Part shown: one piece after another, positions 1-10,600 of the stretch | How the letters are laid out: each line of letters opens with the position of its first letter | Numbering within the stretch: position 1 is the stretch's first letter | DNA from: a virus | Length of the DNA stretch: 64,000 nt | Direction: 5' to 3' (one strand) | IMG/VR virus record: IMGVR_UViG_3300032753_000007 | Span: 1-64,000 of that record | Position numbers and translations under genes: made by a program | The notes under the pieces: model-generated | The model's input: only the letters and a program-made list of their open reading frames with translations | Databases searched by the model: none | Told to the model about the DNA's origin: nothing

Positions 1-2176
1 TATAGGTAGCTGTACCGCCATTTGCATAACCTGTTCCACCATTAGTAGGTGTACAAAAAGGTATCCAACTAGAAATATAGCCATTAGTAATATTAATAGT
101 AGCAGTAGGCATAATACTAGGCAGTGTGCCGCTATAATAATTTAATGGCACGTTTGTATAAGTAGCTGTACTGGTTGGCGTATAGCCAGAACCTGAATTA
201 GTAGGTGCATATGACATGCTACCTACTATTTGAAATACGTACCATGTATTAGGATTAGCATAAAATATTTTAGCAGTTTGTATTTGATTTTGAGCTTGTC
301 TTTGATAGTTATAGTTTTGATAGCTTACTGTTATTGTTTGGGAGTTACACCCACTATAGCCTCTAAATCCATTCCCACCAGTAGCAGCTGGTACAGTTGT
401 ACCAGTACCTGCAAAAGGCTGATTAGCAAAATATAAAACATTGGCATAACTAGAAGGTGCAAAAACAGTACCATCAGTAAACCCAAATTGATAACTCTCT
501 GAGGTACTAATGTTGGGAAAATAAACACAAGTTTCATACGTTACTGTAGTGCCATTAGGATTTAGTGGTGAGCTAGTAGGAGCTGGTGATAACGCGCCCA
601 TTTCAGATATAATAGCATTTCCAGCATTAACTATAGTAGATGATGTCGCTGCAGTAGTCGTTGTTAAACTAATTACGCCAACATTATTATTATTTTGTAA
701 TGATGTATTAGCGTACCAATATGGAGCAGTAGTCTGTACTGGGTAGAAAGGTGATAAATAGTTAGCGTCGTTATAACCTGATATAAAGTCACTAAATAAA
801 ATAGTGGTATTTCTACTAAAGCCACCTGAGGCGCCTGCTGGCCCTATAGGGCCAGCTAAGCCAGGTGCACCTGTAGCACCTGTAGCACCCATCATTGTAA
901 TAGAAATAGGTAATGAAGTGTTATATGTAACACCACCATAAATAACAGATAAGTTAATAGCGTTATTACCTAAAGACTGACTAAAATTAGTAGTCAGCGT
1001 AGGTGTAAATGTAGCACTAGTAGAACTACCTGATAGCATACTAAGACTAGGGTTAGCAATTGACCAGCTTTGACCAGTAATACCTGATGTAATAGTCGTG
1101 CCATTAATACTCAATATATACGAATATGCAGTAACACTAGGCGTAGGACTAGTGCCTAATGCGTTATAGATATATGTAGTAGAGCCAGAATTAATAAATA
1201 ATTGAGGCGTTGATCCATTAGTGCCATTAGTACCACTTGTGCCATTTTGTCCAACTTGAGTGATTGTAATGGGCAATGATGCTAAATAAGATATGCCATT
1301 ATATACAACGGTTAACAATATTGTATTGTTTGCTAAACTACTATTAAATGTAGTAGCCATATTAGGTGTAAAAGTAGCAGTAGCAATGGCATTATTGGTA
1401 CAAGATAACATACTAGTAGATGGGCTTAAAATAGACCATGTTTGTGTAGCACTACCCATAGCAGAAGTAATAGTAGTAGCACTACTGCCCGTACCAATAG
1501 CCAAAGTATAGCTATATGCTGATAAGCTAGGGCTATAACTAGTACCAGCCGCATTAAATAAAAATGTTTGAGGACCACTAATGGTTAACTGTACAGTTAC
1601 CATTTGCTGTGGGTTACTAGGGTCAATAAAGATATCCCCATACTGTGGTAATGCAGGCGCTGTAGAGAAATAGACTTTACTAGATAATGAATTAAATCGA
1701 CTATCATTGCCTTGTGCAAATGTACCAGCAGTAGTACCAAATATAGGTGCAATATTATTGCCGTTTGTTGAAAATGCTGTAGAGTAGGTTACTGATGCAG
1801 CTGATTGACTATTAATGTAGTTAATGGCTGATACAATATCGGTTCTACCACCAGGTAAAAAAGCAGTATCACCTACATACGTTTTAATAGCTTTTACGGT
1901 TGGTATATGTAAGTCATCTACTGCAGTAAAATCAGTAGCTGTGGTAGCTTTTTGTATCCAGCCAGCACTAGTAAGACTATAAGTAAAGCCTGTATCTTGA
2001 CAGGTCGCTGTCATGCCTATAGCTAAACGAGCAGCTGGAATGTTAGCAATGCTTGTAAATGTATCTACTGTTTGATGACCGCCCGCGCCATAGTTGGCGT
2101 AATGGGTAGGGTATCCATCGTTTGTTGTAAACGGTACAATAGGTGCCGCTACATTTGTTCCTAATATATTACTCAT
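1..2176 (-). CDS. Tail fibre-like virion protein, partial (runs off the window start; absent from the ORF track)
   Basis: ATG at 2176 overlaps the TAA of the upstream gene (TAATG). Translates as MSNILGTNVAAPIVPFTTNDGYPTHYANYGAGGHQ... with no stop seen to base 1. Ser/Thr/Gly-rich, with a short collagen-like stretch GATGATGAPGLAGPIGPAGASG at about 826-890. Confidence 0.8.
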   Translation of the reverse strand, partial: MSNILGTNVAAPIVPFTTNDGYPTHYANYGAGGHQTVDTFTSIANIPAARLAIGMTATCQDTGFTYSLTSAGWIQKATTATDFTAVDDLHIPTVKAIKTYVGDTAFLPGGRTDIVSAINYINSQSAASVTYSTAFSTNGNNIAPIFGTTAGTFAQGNDSRFNSLSSKVYFSTAPALPQYGDIFIDPSNPQQMVTVQLTISGPQTFLFNAAGTSYSPSLSAYSYTLAIGTGSSATTITSAMGSATQTWSILSPSTSMLSCTNNAIATATFTPNMATTFNSSLANNTILLTVVYNGISYLASLPITITQVGQNGTSGTNGTNGSTPQLFINSGSTTYIYNALGTSPTPSVTAYSYILSINGTTITSGITGQSWSIANPSLSMLSGSSTSATFTPTLTTNFSQSLGNNAINLSVIYGGVTYNTSLPISITMMGATGATGAPGLAGPIGPAGASGGFSRNTTILFSDFISGYNDANYLSPFYPVQTTAPYWYANTSLQNNNNVGVISLTTTTAATSSTIVNAGNAIISEMGALSPAPTSSPLNPNGTTVTYETCVYFPNISTSESYQFGFTDGTVFAPSSYANVLYFANQPFAGTGTTVPAATGGNGFRGYSGCNSQTITVSYQNYNYQRQAQNQIQTAKIFYANPNTWYVFQIVGSMSYAPTNSGSGYTPTSTATYTNVPLNYYSGTLPSIMPTATINITNGYISSWIPFCTPTNGGTGYANGGTATY

Positions 2177-3261
2177 TATTGCCAATCCACAGTTAAGGCT
2201 GATGAAGTTTGTATGCCATTAAAACGCAATACATAATAGTTTTGACTATAACCGCTCAAATTAGTAACTGATACAACATTATATGTCCAGTCTGAAAAAG
2301 ATAATCCACCTACTCTAACATTTGTTGGTAATCCTAAATTAGCAGGATAACAATAATAAGGATACATGCCACCAGTACAATTATAAACAGCACCTAATAA
2401 CGTATAGCTAGTACAAAAGTTACTATTGGATAAGGCTAATATATCTGCATTAGCTAATGCCGTATTACTGGATGCACCATAATAATATTTAGGATTAAAC
2501 TTAATAGTTGTATTAGCCGTAGCAGTAGTAGTGCCATCATTAACTGATAACGTATAGAGTGTATTTGTATTGATTGATAAACTATTTAATGTTAAACTCG
2601 TTTGATTAGCGGTTAATGATACACTCCCTATACCTGACAATGATTGTGAAACCATTGTTTTTGATAATCCCCATGTTAATGTAAACGATGAAACAACTGA
2701 TCCTATTTCTGCAGTACCAATAGTGTTTGTAAAGTTAGTAATAGCAGGATATTTATAAACAGATAATACGCCATTGACTATTTGAAAATCGTTACTGACT
2801 GTAGTAAAGGGTAATCCTCTGCCTGTAGCAGCATTAATAGCTGCGTTAACAGCAGCTGTAGTAGGATAGTGATAATTATCATTACTGGATAAATCAATAG
2901 CTTTATTAAAACGATTTTCTTGATAAAAACAATTCCAAGCACCATTATTTGAAACAGCAGTAGCCGTATCATATTGTGATGTTAAAATAATATTATTGGT
3001 AGGTGAAATAATAGGATGTGCTAATGAAGCTACTACAGTAACCGTATTAGCACTTGTATCTGTTTTAATAATAGTGCGTTTAATATTTGGATAAAGCGAT
3101 GCATTAGGCAACTCCATTGAAAAGCTACCATTAGATGCATCACAGTAAATGAAAGCCTCATTAGGTGTACCTGGAATAGCATAGCCTTGTGTACCCGTTA
3201 ACATAGCTGGCGTATACGTTGGTAATATTACGCTGCTAATAGGTTTTGTTTTAATATTCAT
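2176..3261 (-). CDS. Putative tail fibre-associated virion protein (beta-rich)
   Basis: 361-aa Thr/Ser-rich ORF within the tail cluster; N-terminal 'CDASNGSFSMELPNA...IIKTDTSANTVTV' module typical of phage tail proteins. Confidence 0.6.
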   Translation of the reverse strand: MNIKTKPISSVILPTYTPAMLTGTQGYAIPGTPNEAFIYCDASNGSFSMELPNASLYPNIKRTIIKTDTSANTVTVVASLAHPIISPTNNIILTSQYDTATAVSNNGAWNCFYQENRFNKAIDLSSNDNYHYPTTAAVNAAINAATGRGLPFTTVSNDFQIVNGVLSVYKYPAITNFTNTIGTAEIGSVVSSFTLTWGLSKTMVSQSLSGIGSVSLTANQTSLTLNSLSINTNTLYTLSVNDGTTTATANTTIKFNPKYYYGASSNTALANADILALSNSNFCTSYTLLGAVYNCTGGMYPYYCYPANLGLPTNVRVGGLSFSDWTYNVVSVTNLSGYSQNYYVLRFNGIQTSSALTVDWQ

Positions 3262-3263
3262 TT

Positions 3264-3416
3264 TTATTGACTCGCTATTTGAATTATAATATAGTTTCCT
3301 TGATCGTCTACAAGGTAATTACCTTGATCATCTGTAAGGTATGCATAGCCAGCAGGTAATTGATTAGCCATTACAGCGCCTTGATTCTGTGTTCTGTTTA
3401 AAAAACGTAATTTCAT
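3264..3416 (-). CDS. 50-aa small protein with tandem YLxDDQGN motif
   Basis: AAGGA RBS then ATG at 3416; MKLRFLNRTQNQGAVMANQLPAGYAYLTDDQGNYLVDDQGNYIIIQIASQ*; stop lies 2 nt before the next ATG. Confidence 0.7.
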   Translation of the reverse strand: MKLRFLNRTQNQGAVMANQLPAGYAYLTDDQGNYLVDDQGNYIIIQIASQ

Positions 3417-3477
3417 TTTAATTATCCTTTATAGTAAATATCTATATAATTAATATACAACTAGGGACATCCATAAA

Positions 3478-3515
3478 ATAACACCCTTACTCTATCACTA
3501 GAGTAAGGGTGTTAT
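3478..3515. terminator. 17-bp perfect inverted repeat (terminator or processing hairpin)
   Basis: ataacacccttactcta-tcac-tagagtaagggtgttat, just downstream of the 3527..4141 gene. Confidence 0.7.
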
Positions 3516-3526
3516 AGAGGATTATT

Positions 3527-4141
3527 TTACCACGCTATACTTTGTACTGCATTAATTATTTCTTGTACTGTGCCTGTATTATTGACTTCAGACACTTGAT
3601 TTTTTAAAAGTTGTGCTTTTGCAAAAGCAGCTAGCCCTTGATCATATACCAATTTAGCTAAATTTTGTACATCGGTTAGTGTAAAAGGAACAGGCGTTTT
3701 ATCTTCAGCTTGCCAAAAGAAATCAGACGACAATTGCCCACTAGACCCAATGAGTGTTGCTTGTAAGTAATTAGCAGCTATATCACTTGCTGGATATGTT
3801 TGTGTAATTCCACCAACACTTGTATATGTTACTGGCTTTGTTTTTGCTATTTGATAATTAGCTTCGATAATAGCACATTGATTAGCCTGCATAATGGATA
3901 AAAAATATGATGGATTTTTTGGAGTTATTGACAATACACCAAATCCACCCATAGTAAGTGGCGGGTTAAATGAATAACTATATTCACTGGGTGTTAAATA
4001 AATGGCTTGACGAGCATCCCAGTTATAGACTAAAAAAGCATCACTTGGTATTTCTGTAGTATCTGTTAAATAACTTAGATCAGTAACATCTAAGCCTACA
4101 CTATCATTATAAAATAAATTTGTACTTGGAGAATATAACAT
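3527..4141 (-). CDS. DUF4376-like tail fibre assembly/accessory protein
   Basis: Directly follows the tailspike; C-terminal 'FFWQAEDKTPVPFTLTDVQNLA...AVQSIAW' pattern is typical of DUF4376. Confidence 0.65.
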   Translation of the reverse strand: MLYSPSTNLFYNDSVGLDVTDLSYLTDTTEIPSDAFLVYNWDARQAIYLTPSEYSYSFNPPLTMGGFGVLSITPKNPSYFLSIMQANQCAIIEANYQIAKTKPVTYTSVGGITQTYPASDIAANYLQATLIGSSGQLSSDFFWQAEDKTPVPFTLTDVQNLAKLVYDQGLAAFAKAQLLKNQVSEVNNTGTVQEIINAVQSIAW

Positions 4142-7100
4142 CAGTAGCTTACCCTATATTCGATGTCGATCATTAAATAAACACTGTTATTGCTATTGAT
4201 ATTTGCTCCAGCAATATTTAAATAAAGACTAGGCGCCATAGTTTTGACAATTTCAGTAGATGGCCCAGTAACTAATGTTGTTAAATAACTTCCTGCGGCT
4301 GAGTTAATAGCTGCAATGCCTGTTGCTGCAATTAAATCAGTAGTGCCACTAGCTGTGCCTAAACCAACTGTTGGACTACCAGATGACGTTAAGGAGGTTG
4401 CGCCACTCGCAAAAACAACGCGGCATGTAACCATTTTAATGATAATGCTGCCGCCTAAATTATTAATTGGCAGATTTCCCAAAAAACTGTTGCTTACATT
4501 TGTAAATCGAGAAAAACTGATATTTAATGTAACGTTATTGCCATCGGGCCAAGTGTACATTAAAGTTGCTGGTGGTCTAAGAACAGTAGTAACCAACGCC
4601 GGATTATTAAATATATAGCCAGCGGCAATTAACGAGTTTTGGCATAAATTCGCTGAGCCATACAGTCGCCAAGGAATTTGACGCGCATTAGTGTTATTGC
4701 CATACATGCGAATAGGGCCACAATGACCAATTGTATAAATTGTGTTAGTCGCATTAGTGCTATTGTAATGTACGCCGTAAATGTACGTATTTGTCCCTTC
4801 AATTTTGCTTTCTATGTAATCAACATTTACACTTGATGCACTATCAGCAGCAAGTTCAACACACTCATAAGCTGCTGCGTCAGCAATGTTGACCAAGCCA
4901 TTCACCTTAGTTGACACATGCACATCGGTCATAGTGCCACTTGACAAAGCCACAGTAACTGCCGCACCACTTCCGGAGATCAATCCATAACCATTGGACG
5001 ATAATGCAAGCTGTACTGATGTTGTTGCAGCAACATATTTATTACCGTATAAACCAATATTTATAGCAACAATGCCGCCATTTACCACGCTAACAAATGC
5101 GCTCGCGCCCGTTCCTGTTGCACTATCAATAATGTTTACTGTTCCATAGCCATAAGCACTTAATGTTGGTTCACTTGTAGATCCATTTTGGCTGTAAGTG
5201 TCCCAATAGTTACCATAGCTATCTGTGCCTTTTGCAACTACATAGCCTGACCCACAATTGGTTATTGTCAACGCATTAACTTGGCCTTTCATGGCGCTTA
5301 TCATCGTGCCAATTGCGGTTACATTAGTATTGACGGGCATAACCTGATTGATAACGTTATTGTCGGTTATGTCACAGGTGTTAATGTTACCACACGAATA
5401 ATAAAATTGATTGCCACCGCAACTAATAGCCGTATTGCGCCTAACGTGGGTGCGTAAAGGACTACCGTCAACCTTTACCATACCCTGGCTAAACCCTACG
5501 CCATGGTTTTCATAAACGTCAACATCAGTGGATGAACCGTAAATCTGAATCGCCCATGCTCCGGCTTGATTTATGGCAAAAAACCAGTTGTCATGTACTT
5601 TTAATTGTTGTCCTAGCGGTGCGCCACTATTCTTACCCTTAATATTCATTGCCGCCGTATTGGTCGTGCAATCAATACCGATATTACCAGCAATATCACC
5701 AGTGTTGGCCTTAAAGTAAAAGCCTCCACAGCTATTGGTGATGTTTTCTGAATTTGCGTTTATAACAATATTATTATGAACATTGACACAATAGCCCATA
5801 ATAATAATCACTTCAGTAAACGTAGTAGTGCTGACGCTTGGGTTATAAACGTTTCTTAAAATATTGCCTTCACAAACAATATTGGTGGTTGCTGCCTGTA
5901 TTGCCGTGCCAACATCATTAGTGTCACCAATACTGATACCAAAAACATTAAACTCGCTGCCAATTACATAAGGCCAAACAGTATTGTCGCGCCCTATATT
6001 ATTGCCTAAATTGTTTAAAACAATAACTGAACCCAGCGTACACCGGACATAACACCCTTGTGAATTTTCAATGTCATTATTGCTGAAATTATATTTATCT
6101 ATATAACCAGTCCACCCATTACAAGCATCTGCCGCATAAACACCATACCCACGGTTTTGGTATAGTTTGCAATTGGTCATCGAGACATTGTCACAGTTGC
6201 CGTTATAAACAGTTGCAACGTGACTCCATTTTGCAAACTGCAACCCGTCAATTACAATTTGCGAGGTAACGCTCGAATCGGTCGATACAAAATCTACCGC
6301 ATTTCCGCCTGTACCCGGCCCGATCAATATCGTGCTGTTGCGGTCAGTGCCAATTAATCGCACATAACCCAATGTTAGTGTCGTCCAACTTTTAAAATTG
6401 TAAACCCCAGCCGCAAGCTCAATGGCATAGTTCCCTGCACTTGCCGCCGTTAATTCAGCCGCTAAAACACTGGTCTGGTCTGCGCCAGTATTAGGCACAC
6501 ATTTACTTTTTACCGCTATTTGCGTGGCGGTGGTAATTTGAGCTAAAAAATTGGCATAACCGACACTGCTCAAAATATTGCTTGCGGCGCTGTCCACAAT
6601 CGCCAGCAAATCAGCAGGTAACAGCGTGGATTTTGTCGCTGCATTGACAATAGCACCAATACTAGTTGCTGTTTCATTACCTGTGTTAATTCCAGACAGG
6701 TTTGGAGCAGCGATGTTTCCGGTAAACGTATCGCCCGCTTTGTTGGCTGGGGTATAGCCTAATGCTGATTGTTTGCTGTTAAATGCAGCATAATCAGTTG
6801 ATGATAAATAGCCTGATTGCGTAGTACTTGATTTTGGAATACTAAATACACCACCTACATTATCATAAGTTAATGGTGTTGTAACTGATAAGCTAGTTAA
6901 CCCAATGCCTCCTAATCCTGATAACGTATAAGTAGGATATGGCGGTATAGTCAATACATTATTTGTATAATTAGGATTTCCACTGCCGTTTGTAGAAATA
7001 GTAAAAGCAGGTTGATAATTTGATAATTGAGTAGTGATATATGTATAGATACCTGATACTGAAGGATACTTAGTAGTACTTGTACTATTATCAGTAATAT

Positions 7101-7596
7101 CACTTGTAATATTGCTAGTTAATTGAGCTAATGCAATAGCGTTAGTATTTGCAATAGCAGTAGCATTTACAGTTGATATTTGTGATTGTAAGTCATCTGT
7201 TTTACTGGTTACAAAATTATAGGTTGCTCTAGTACTAGGGTATGTTATATCCGATATAGTTCCATAAGTAATACCTGTTAATAGATTTGCTATATCTTGT
7301 TTAGCTAAAACAGTAGCGTATAGCCCGCCTATAGAGGCATTATTTATAAAGCTATTTAACGCAGTATACTCAGCATTTGTTAAGTGGTAGTATTCTCCAC
7401 CTAACGTTGTGTATTTTCCTCCTTGAAGATCTGTACTTTGATTATGCGGCATTCTAAATGTGCCTGTACTAATTAACTCGCTCATTACCTGTGAAACTAA
7501 TGCAGGTAAGGTATTTTTTATACTGCTAATAATAGCTAATAAATTATTATACTTAGTATAAAGATCTTTTAACCGGTCATTATCAATTAAACTCAT
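4141..7596 (-). CDS. Tailspike/tail fibre with right-handed beta-helix (putative depolymerase)
   Basis: 1151 aa. Fibre motif 'LGYTPANKAGDTFTG' is followed by 'GADQTSVLAAEL...IELAAGVYNF...VRLIGTDRNSTILIG' (pectate-lyase-like helix cap) and Asn-ladder repeats. Confidence 0.75.
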   Translation of the reverse strand: MSLIDNDRLKDLYTKYNNLLAIISSIKNTLPALVSQVMSELISTGTFRMPHNQSTDLQGGKYTTLGGEYYHLTNAEYTALNSFINNASIGGLYATVLAKQDIANLLTGITYGTISDITYPSTRATYNFVTSKTDDLQSQISTVNATAIANTNAIALAQLTSNITSDITDNSTSTTKYPSVSGIYTYITTQLSNYQPAFTISTNGSGNPNYTNNVLTIPPYPTYTLSGLGGIGLTSLSVTTPLTYDNVGGVFSIPKSSTTQSGYLSSTDYAAFNSKQSALGYTPANKAGDTFTGNIAAPNLSGINTGNETATSIGAIVNAATKSTLLPADLLAIVDSAASNILSSVGYANFLAQITTATQIAVKSKCVPNTGADQTSVLAAELTAASAGNYAIELAAGVYNFKSWTTLTLGYVRLIGTDRNSTILIGPGTGGNAVDFVSTDSSVTSQIVIDGLQFAKWSHVATVYNGNCDNVSMTNCKLYQNRGYGVYAADACNGWTGYIDKYNFSNNDIENSQGCYVRCTLGSVIVLNNLGNNIGRDNTVWPYVIGSEFNVFGISIGDTNDVGTAIQAATTNIVCEGNILRNVYNPSVSTTTFTEVIIIMGYCVNVHNNIVINANSENITNSCGGFYFKANTGDIAGNIGIDCTTNTAAMNIKGKNSGAPLGQQLKVHDNWFFAINQAGAWAIQIYGSSTDVDVYENHGVGFSQGMVKVDGSPLRTHVRRNTAISCGGNQFYYSCGNINTCDITDNNVINQVMPVNTNVTAIGTMISAMKGQVNALTITNCGSGYVVAKGTDSYGNYWDTYSQNGSTSEPTLSAYGYGTVNIIDSATGTGASAFVSVVNGGIVAINIGLYGNKYVAATTSVQLALSSNGYGLISGSGAAVTVALSSGTMTDVHVSTKVNGLVNIADAAAYECVELAADSASSVNVDYIESKIEGTNTYIYGVHYNSTNATNTIYTIGHCGPIRMYGNNTNARQIPWRLYGSANLCQNSLIAAGYIFNNPALVTTVLRPPATLMYTWPDGNNVTLNISFSRFTNVSNSFLGNLPINNLGGSIIIKMVTCRVVFASGATSLTSSGSPTVGLGTASGTTDLIAATGIAAINSAAGSYLTTLVTGPSTEIVKTMAPSLYLNIAGANINSNNSVYLMIDIEYRVSY

Positions 7597-7615
7597 AGAT
7601 TATCCTTGTAATAAA

Positions 7616-7649
7616 AGCCCACTACATACTATCAAGTATGTAGTGGGCT
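7616..7649. terminator. 15-bp perfect inverted repeat
   Basis: agcccactacatact-atca-agtatgtagtgggct between two tail genes. Confidence 0.7.
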
Positions 7650-7671
7650 ACTAATTAATATATTAAAATGA

Positions 7672-10600
7672 TTATCCTGTAAAGGATGGTGTAATTGTAA
7701 AGTAAGTAGACTTACGTGTAACTGCAGCACTCGTATTACCAATTGTTTCAGTAGTCGTTGTACTGCCGTCACTAGTAAACGCTATAGCTGTGCTGCCACC
7801 ATCTATAACTATATCTAAAGCATTTGTTGAATCGTGATAAACATATAATTCAAATATATCACCAGGCAATACAGTAATAGGTTGTGAGTTTACTGTTTGT
7901 ACAGTTATATCAGAATATGTACTTACATTATAGTAATAAATAGCACCAGCTGCTGGTTTTGTTGATATGCCGGCGTATGATGTTGCTGGAGATGATATTG
8001 TACTTATTGTCCCACCTATATTGCTATAAAATGTAACACTACAATTTGGATATAAAGTAGCATTATGATAACTATTATATAAGGCATTATAAGCTGATGC
8101 ATCTGCTGCAGTACCTAACCAAGTCATTGTACCGCCTTGTAATGTAGTGGTATTATTCATTGCAGGAACCATAGATTCTGCAATAATAGTTTTAGCACTT
8201 GAACGTGTTTGTACAATAGCTAATCTACGATTACCAGTAGATTGTCCTGATGTTAAATCAGGAGACCATGCTACTGATGCGCCAAAGTTATATTCTCCAG
8301 AATAGCTATCATTAATACAGAATACAGTAGGCTGACTAATATAACCTAATGTAGCATCATCTGCTGAAATATTAATAGCTGCATTACTAGTAAATGTAAA
8401 TGTATTTGCATTTACTAGTGTAGCTAAAACAACACCATTAGCTAATAACCCTATTGAATTTAAAGTAATATTAGTGCCTGTAAATCCAGATAACCGTACA
8501 TTGGATATGTTATATGATCCAGAAGTAGTAGTAGCGGTAGATAATGGATAAGGGGTAGTAATAGTTGCAGTTAATGCAGATGATGGTTTAGTTGTTACTG
8601 AGCTAGGAAATGTAATAGAAAATGCAGTAGCTGATATCCATGTTGCTGTATAAGTACCATTAAATGTAGCATTACCAGTATCTGATAATATTACTGATGT
8701 ATTAGGATTATTATACCCATTATTGGTAGTGATTGTTAATATAGATGATGCAGCAGGTACATCAGTTGCTGTTTGAATACTGTATAATGCGCCCGATACA
8801 ATTGTATTCGCATTAGCTACATATACACGAGTGACTTGTTTATCATATACTAATAAATCTGCAGTTACTGTACCTGAAGTACTAGTTAACGTTATTCCTT
8901 TATGACTACCATCCACATACCCACTGCCTCCATTAGTTGGTAATGTGTTAGTCGTACTACCTGTCCAAGTAAACCCACTGCCTGAATAAGTAGTTAAAGT
9001 AGCTGCTGATATAGTATCTACAAACGTATTATCTTTTAGTGTAACAGTAACAGTACTTGTATTACCAGCAGTTACTGATGACATGCTTTTAATAGCTGCA
9101 GATAAAATGATTGATGAGTTATTAACTGAACAATCTGCAATATTTGAACCAACATAGTTATATAAATACGTAAAGCTAGTACCACTTGTTACCCATACTG
9201 GATAAGTGCCATTGCCAATTGATACGCCACTACTGTTACTTGCATTTGATACAGTTACATATTGACCTGATGATAAATTATGATTAGTGCCACAGTTAAC
9301 TGTCATATAACCTGATACTACAATGGCCCAATTAGCAGCTGATTGGCCTGGGTTATTAACTAATGCATTATAAATGTTCCATGTATTTGTAGTGCTAGTG
9401 ACTACATTTACTAGCCAGAAATCACCTTTATTAATAGCACCACTAGTACCACTACCTCCAGTACTAGGATATGTATTAATAGCATAACTAAATATACCCA
9501 TATAGTTAGTTAATATTAACGTTGTACAAATACTAGGCTTAGCAGTAATACCTGATAACGTACCATTAGTAGCTGCTGTAAACGTGCTGTTAGCTGCATA
9601 AGTAACACCACTAGTGCCAGCAATAGTATTCCACTGTGCTTGAGTTACTGAGCCTGTACCACTATTCAATGAGTTAATAGTGTAGTTTACACCTACTACT
9701 AAACTGCCTAAAGCTATTGTATTGCTAACAGGCGCAGTATATGCCATACTACCATCATTAATAAAATGCGTATAACGATTAACATATGGTGATCTAGTAT
9801 CGTTACTCGTATCCCATGCTATTACACTATATTGCTTTATACTAGATGGTGCTACTGCTGGAATTTGTAAATTCTTATTATTTAATGTTAATGTATCAAA
9901 ACGGTATTTAGCATTACTGGTAATAACGTTACTTTCACTTAATGGTGATACCATAGCAACATGATAGGGCTTAGTAATTGAAGTATTTAAACCATGTAAT
10001 GTATTATTTGCAGTACTAGCTGCATAAACAATAGTACCTGCTGCAGTAGTATATAGAGTACCATCATAAACAATATCTTTAATATCCGTTGGTGTGATAA
10101 TTAACATATCTACATCAAGCTGATTAGTTGTTATGTCATTAATAATGTTTGCCCCTACACCACTATAATTTCTATTATTAACATCAGTTACTGTTAAGTA
10201 ATTAGATGCTGTTAAATCCGTATCACTTAATAATCTAACACGGCTACTCCATTCACCATAACAAACACCAGCATCATACGCATTACTAGCACTATTACCA
10301 GAAGCACTAACGTGTGACAGTGTCATTAATCCACCACCTGCTATATAAATGCCATTAAATGAATTTGATGAACCAGGCTCTTTCCAAAAAATAGAGTTAC
10401 TAATCCAGCCACCAGACATCCAAGTAATATAGAGTGAATTTATATTTGTATTAATATTACAATTACTGATGTTAATGCTATCACTACCTGTTTGATAGTT
10501 TACTACAATCCCATAGTTTGATCCAGCACCTACTACGTTAGCAATAGCCAAACCTTCACTGTATTCAGAATACAGTGTACCTAATGCTATCCATTGTTTA

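Noticed and set aside
230-1511. Short ORFs listed at 230, 331, 549 and 1293
   Set aside because: They are shadows of the real minus-strand gene 1..2176.
3298-3340. Direct repeat ccttgatc...aagg as a possible mini-CRISPR or operator
   Set aside because: Only two imperfect adjacent copies, fully explained by the DDQGNY peptide repeat on the minus strand.
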